A stretch of 64,000 nt of DNA. It comes from Sphaerodactylus townsendi (Eukaryota). The notes beneath the pieces were generated by a model, which made no database searches, was not told the origin of the DNA, and saw only the letters and a program-made list of their open reading frames with translations. Made by a program: the position numbers and the translations under genes. The stretch spans positions 85,250,001 through 85,314,000 of the forward strand of contig NC_059429.1 in the NCBI RefSeq assembly GCF_021028975.2, given 5' to 3'. Below, in pieces: positions 61,929 to 64,000 of this stretch. The first letter of the stretch is position 1. Each line of letters opens with the position of its first letter.

Positions 61929-62744
61929 GTGGGGCAAAATATCCCGGATCCTGTCCTTCTTTCTTGCCCTGACACAGGGCTCTTCCAGTTTTTCAGTCTT
62001 TAAAAGGCCAGGCCATGCTACAAAACACACACATTTACATAACATTTCCCCAAGACACACACATACACACAAAAACAAGCCCCATTAATGCTTCAGGGTG
62101 CTATGTGAATGTATTCATAGATATAGATCTTACATTTGTTGTAGTAAAAATGGTAAAATGTGTATCGGGGCTATGTTACAAAATAAAATGACCACTAAGT
62201 TGTGGAGGTGGTAGCCGTATGAACAGCGCCCCTGGAACAGTATTTTTACCATTCCAGGGGCGCTGTTTTTGGCCTGTGCTGATTCTGTCTAGGATTGCCA
62301 TCTTCCAGGCGATGGATGGAGAGCTCCTGTTATTACATCAGATCTCCAGGTGACAGAGATCAGTTCATTTGAAGAAAATGCCCACTTTAGAAGGTGAACT
62401 CTATGGCATTTTACCCCATTGATGTATCTCCCCTCAGAAACCCCACCCTCCTTAGGCTCCACCCCAAAATCTCAAGGTACTTCCCAACTCCAGAGCTGGC
62501 AATCTGCATCACATTGCAGCAATTTTACTCTTTGGAGAAGATTTCATTTTATAGTGAAAAGTGAAATCTTTCCATTGGATTCCTTAGTTCTTAGATGCTT
62601 CACTGAACAGATCAGCTGCTGACATCCCAGAGGATATCAGGAGATTTACATAAAGAAGGCTTTGAAATCTACTTATATGTTGTTCGTCTCTTTAATTTTT
62701 TTCTGAAAACATGTGGTGATTAACAATAGCTCTCAATCTTTCAG

Positions 62745-62850
62745 GAATCTGGATCTCCAGCAGACAGGGCATTAGATTCCAGGAAACTTGCATTTGAGCC
62801 AATACTCAGCAACCAGGAAAAATTGGATTTCAATAAGAACCTGAAAGAAG
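62745..62850 (+). CDS. SOX13: SOX13 coding exon 3
   Basis: Acceptor ctctcaatctttcag|, in frame with exon 2. Translates ESGSPADRALDSRKLAFEPILSNQEKLDFNKNLKE (human SGSQEKLDFNRNLKE). Donor GAAG|gtatga at 62851, phase 1. Confidence 0.94.
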
Positions 62851-64000
62851 GTATGAAGACTTCTGGCAGCTGTTATAGTCCTGTCCCTCCCACCCCAGCC
62901 CCCCTCTTTCCAGTTATTTCTGGCAGAAAGCTATTGTCTGTGGGAAAAGATGTGCATCACAAGACTCAGTTCCTGGAGACTCTAGCTAAAGGCCCTTGCA
63001 TTGTAAGGCAGGGAAAGATCTTGATTGAGGCTTTGGAATACTGCTGGAAATGGGCTTCTATTCCCCCCCTCCCCCCCACACACACATATTGGGACAAGCT
63101 TGTGTAATTTCTCCCTTGATGTTGATACAGAGCAGCAGAAGCAGCAACGGGGCTTCCACATGACAAATTTCCTTATAATTTTTCTCCCTGTTTCCCTGGC
63201 ATTGGGCATCTTCCCTCAAACACCACCAGGACTTTCAAGGTTTTTAAAATTAGCAAATAAATATTGTTGTATTAATGATAAACAACCTGTATATCAGATT
63301 CTCTGAATTCTCAGCTTTCATTTTTATAAAAGTTTCCAGCCCCCTTTGTTACAGAGATGATGCTTTTTCGTTTCCTTTCCACAGAATCCACAGAGCTTGA
63401 GACCTAGGGTATTTTTGTAAAAATGAATGCTGAAAATTCAGAGAACCTGACACAGATCACTACATTGTTATGATACAACAATATCCGGTTGCCTGTTTAA
63501 AGAATTAAAAAGCTCCAGTTCTATAGGGAGCAAATGGCCTTTGCGGGGACAAGAACAGGGAAAATGGTTGCCATGTGAGCAGGGCTGGGAAAAAATGGAC
63601 CTTTCTACCCACATAAAAGCTATCCTGCCTTTCCTGCTTTTTCAAAAACTTTGTAGCTAAGCAGGTTTGAAAATATTGGAGTGAATCTGGGGAACCCTGG
63701 GAGATACATAATTTCACCATGATGTTGTGGAGGAGCAGAAAAAAACCTACTTCCCAACTACACTGAATCCAGGGCAGATAAGCTATGTGGAGATAGTCTG
63801 GACTTGGCAGACAACTGGGGGAGATGTTAATACATTCTTATATCTTATTGACTAGATTCGCAGCAGCTCTTGATTTACATTGTTACATTAACAACTTCAC
63901 ACACATCATAATTTGTTCAAACTGAATCAAAACAAGCTATCCATCTATCAAAAATCATGTTTTTAGAATCTATGGGAGATATGGGGAGATTCCGCACTCA

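Noticed and set aside
61929-62003. Continuation of the 93-aa ORF past PQTLPQ
   Set aside because: Intron read-through; similarity to SOX13 resumes only at exon 3.

Overview
Vertebrate genomic DNA, almost certainly a squamate reptile, judged from the Sauria-type SINEs and the Penelope, CR1, L1, L2 and hAT/Harbinger-type repeats. The window holds the 5' part of SOX13 on the + strand. A CpG-island promoter (~14.3-15.6 kb) leads to a non-coding exon 1 ending at 15010, followed by a ~46.7 kb repeat-rich intron 1. Coding exon 2 (61721-61928, MSMRSPASPQ...) and exon 3 (62745-62850, ...QEKLDFNKNLKE) follow; the HMG box lies beyond the window. Almost all other ORFs in the track are spurious or transposon-derived. 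The most notable observations are: four Penelope-derived minimal hammerhead ribozyme motifs, one sense within the SOX13 intron and one in a 70-bp-arm fold-back; an exact 32-nt inverted copy of a decayed L2 segment 13.6 kb from its apparent source; a possible decayed SOX13 exon 4; hAT elements carrying a captured SINE, one in a four-layer nest; and a chain of minus-strand splice signals suggesting a divergent transcript. Repeat family names come from pattern recognition, not database searches.
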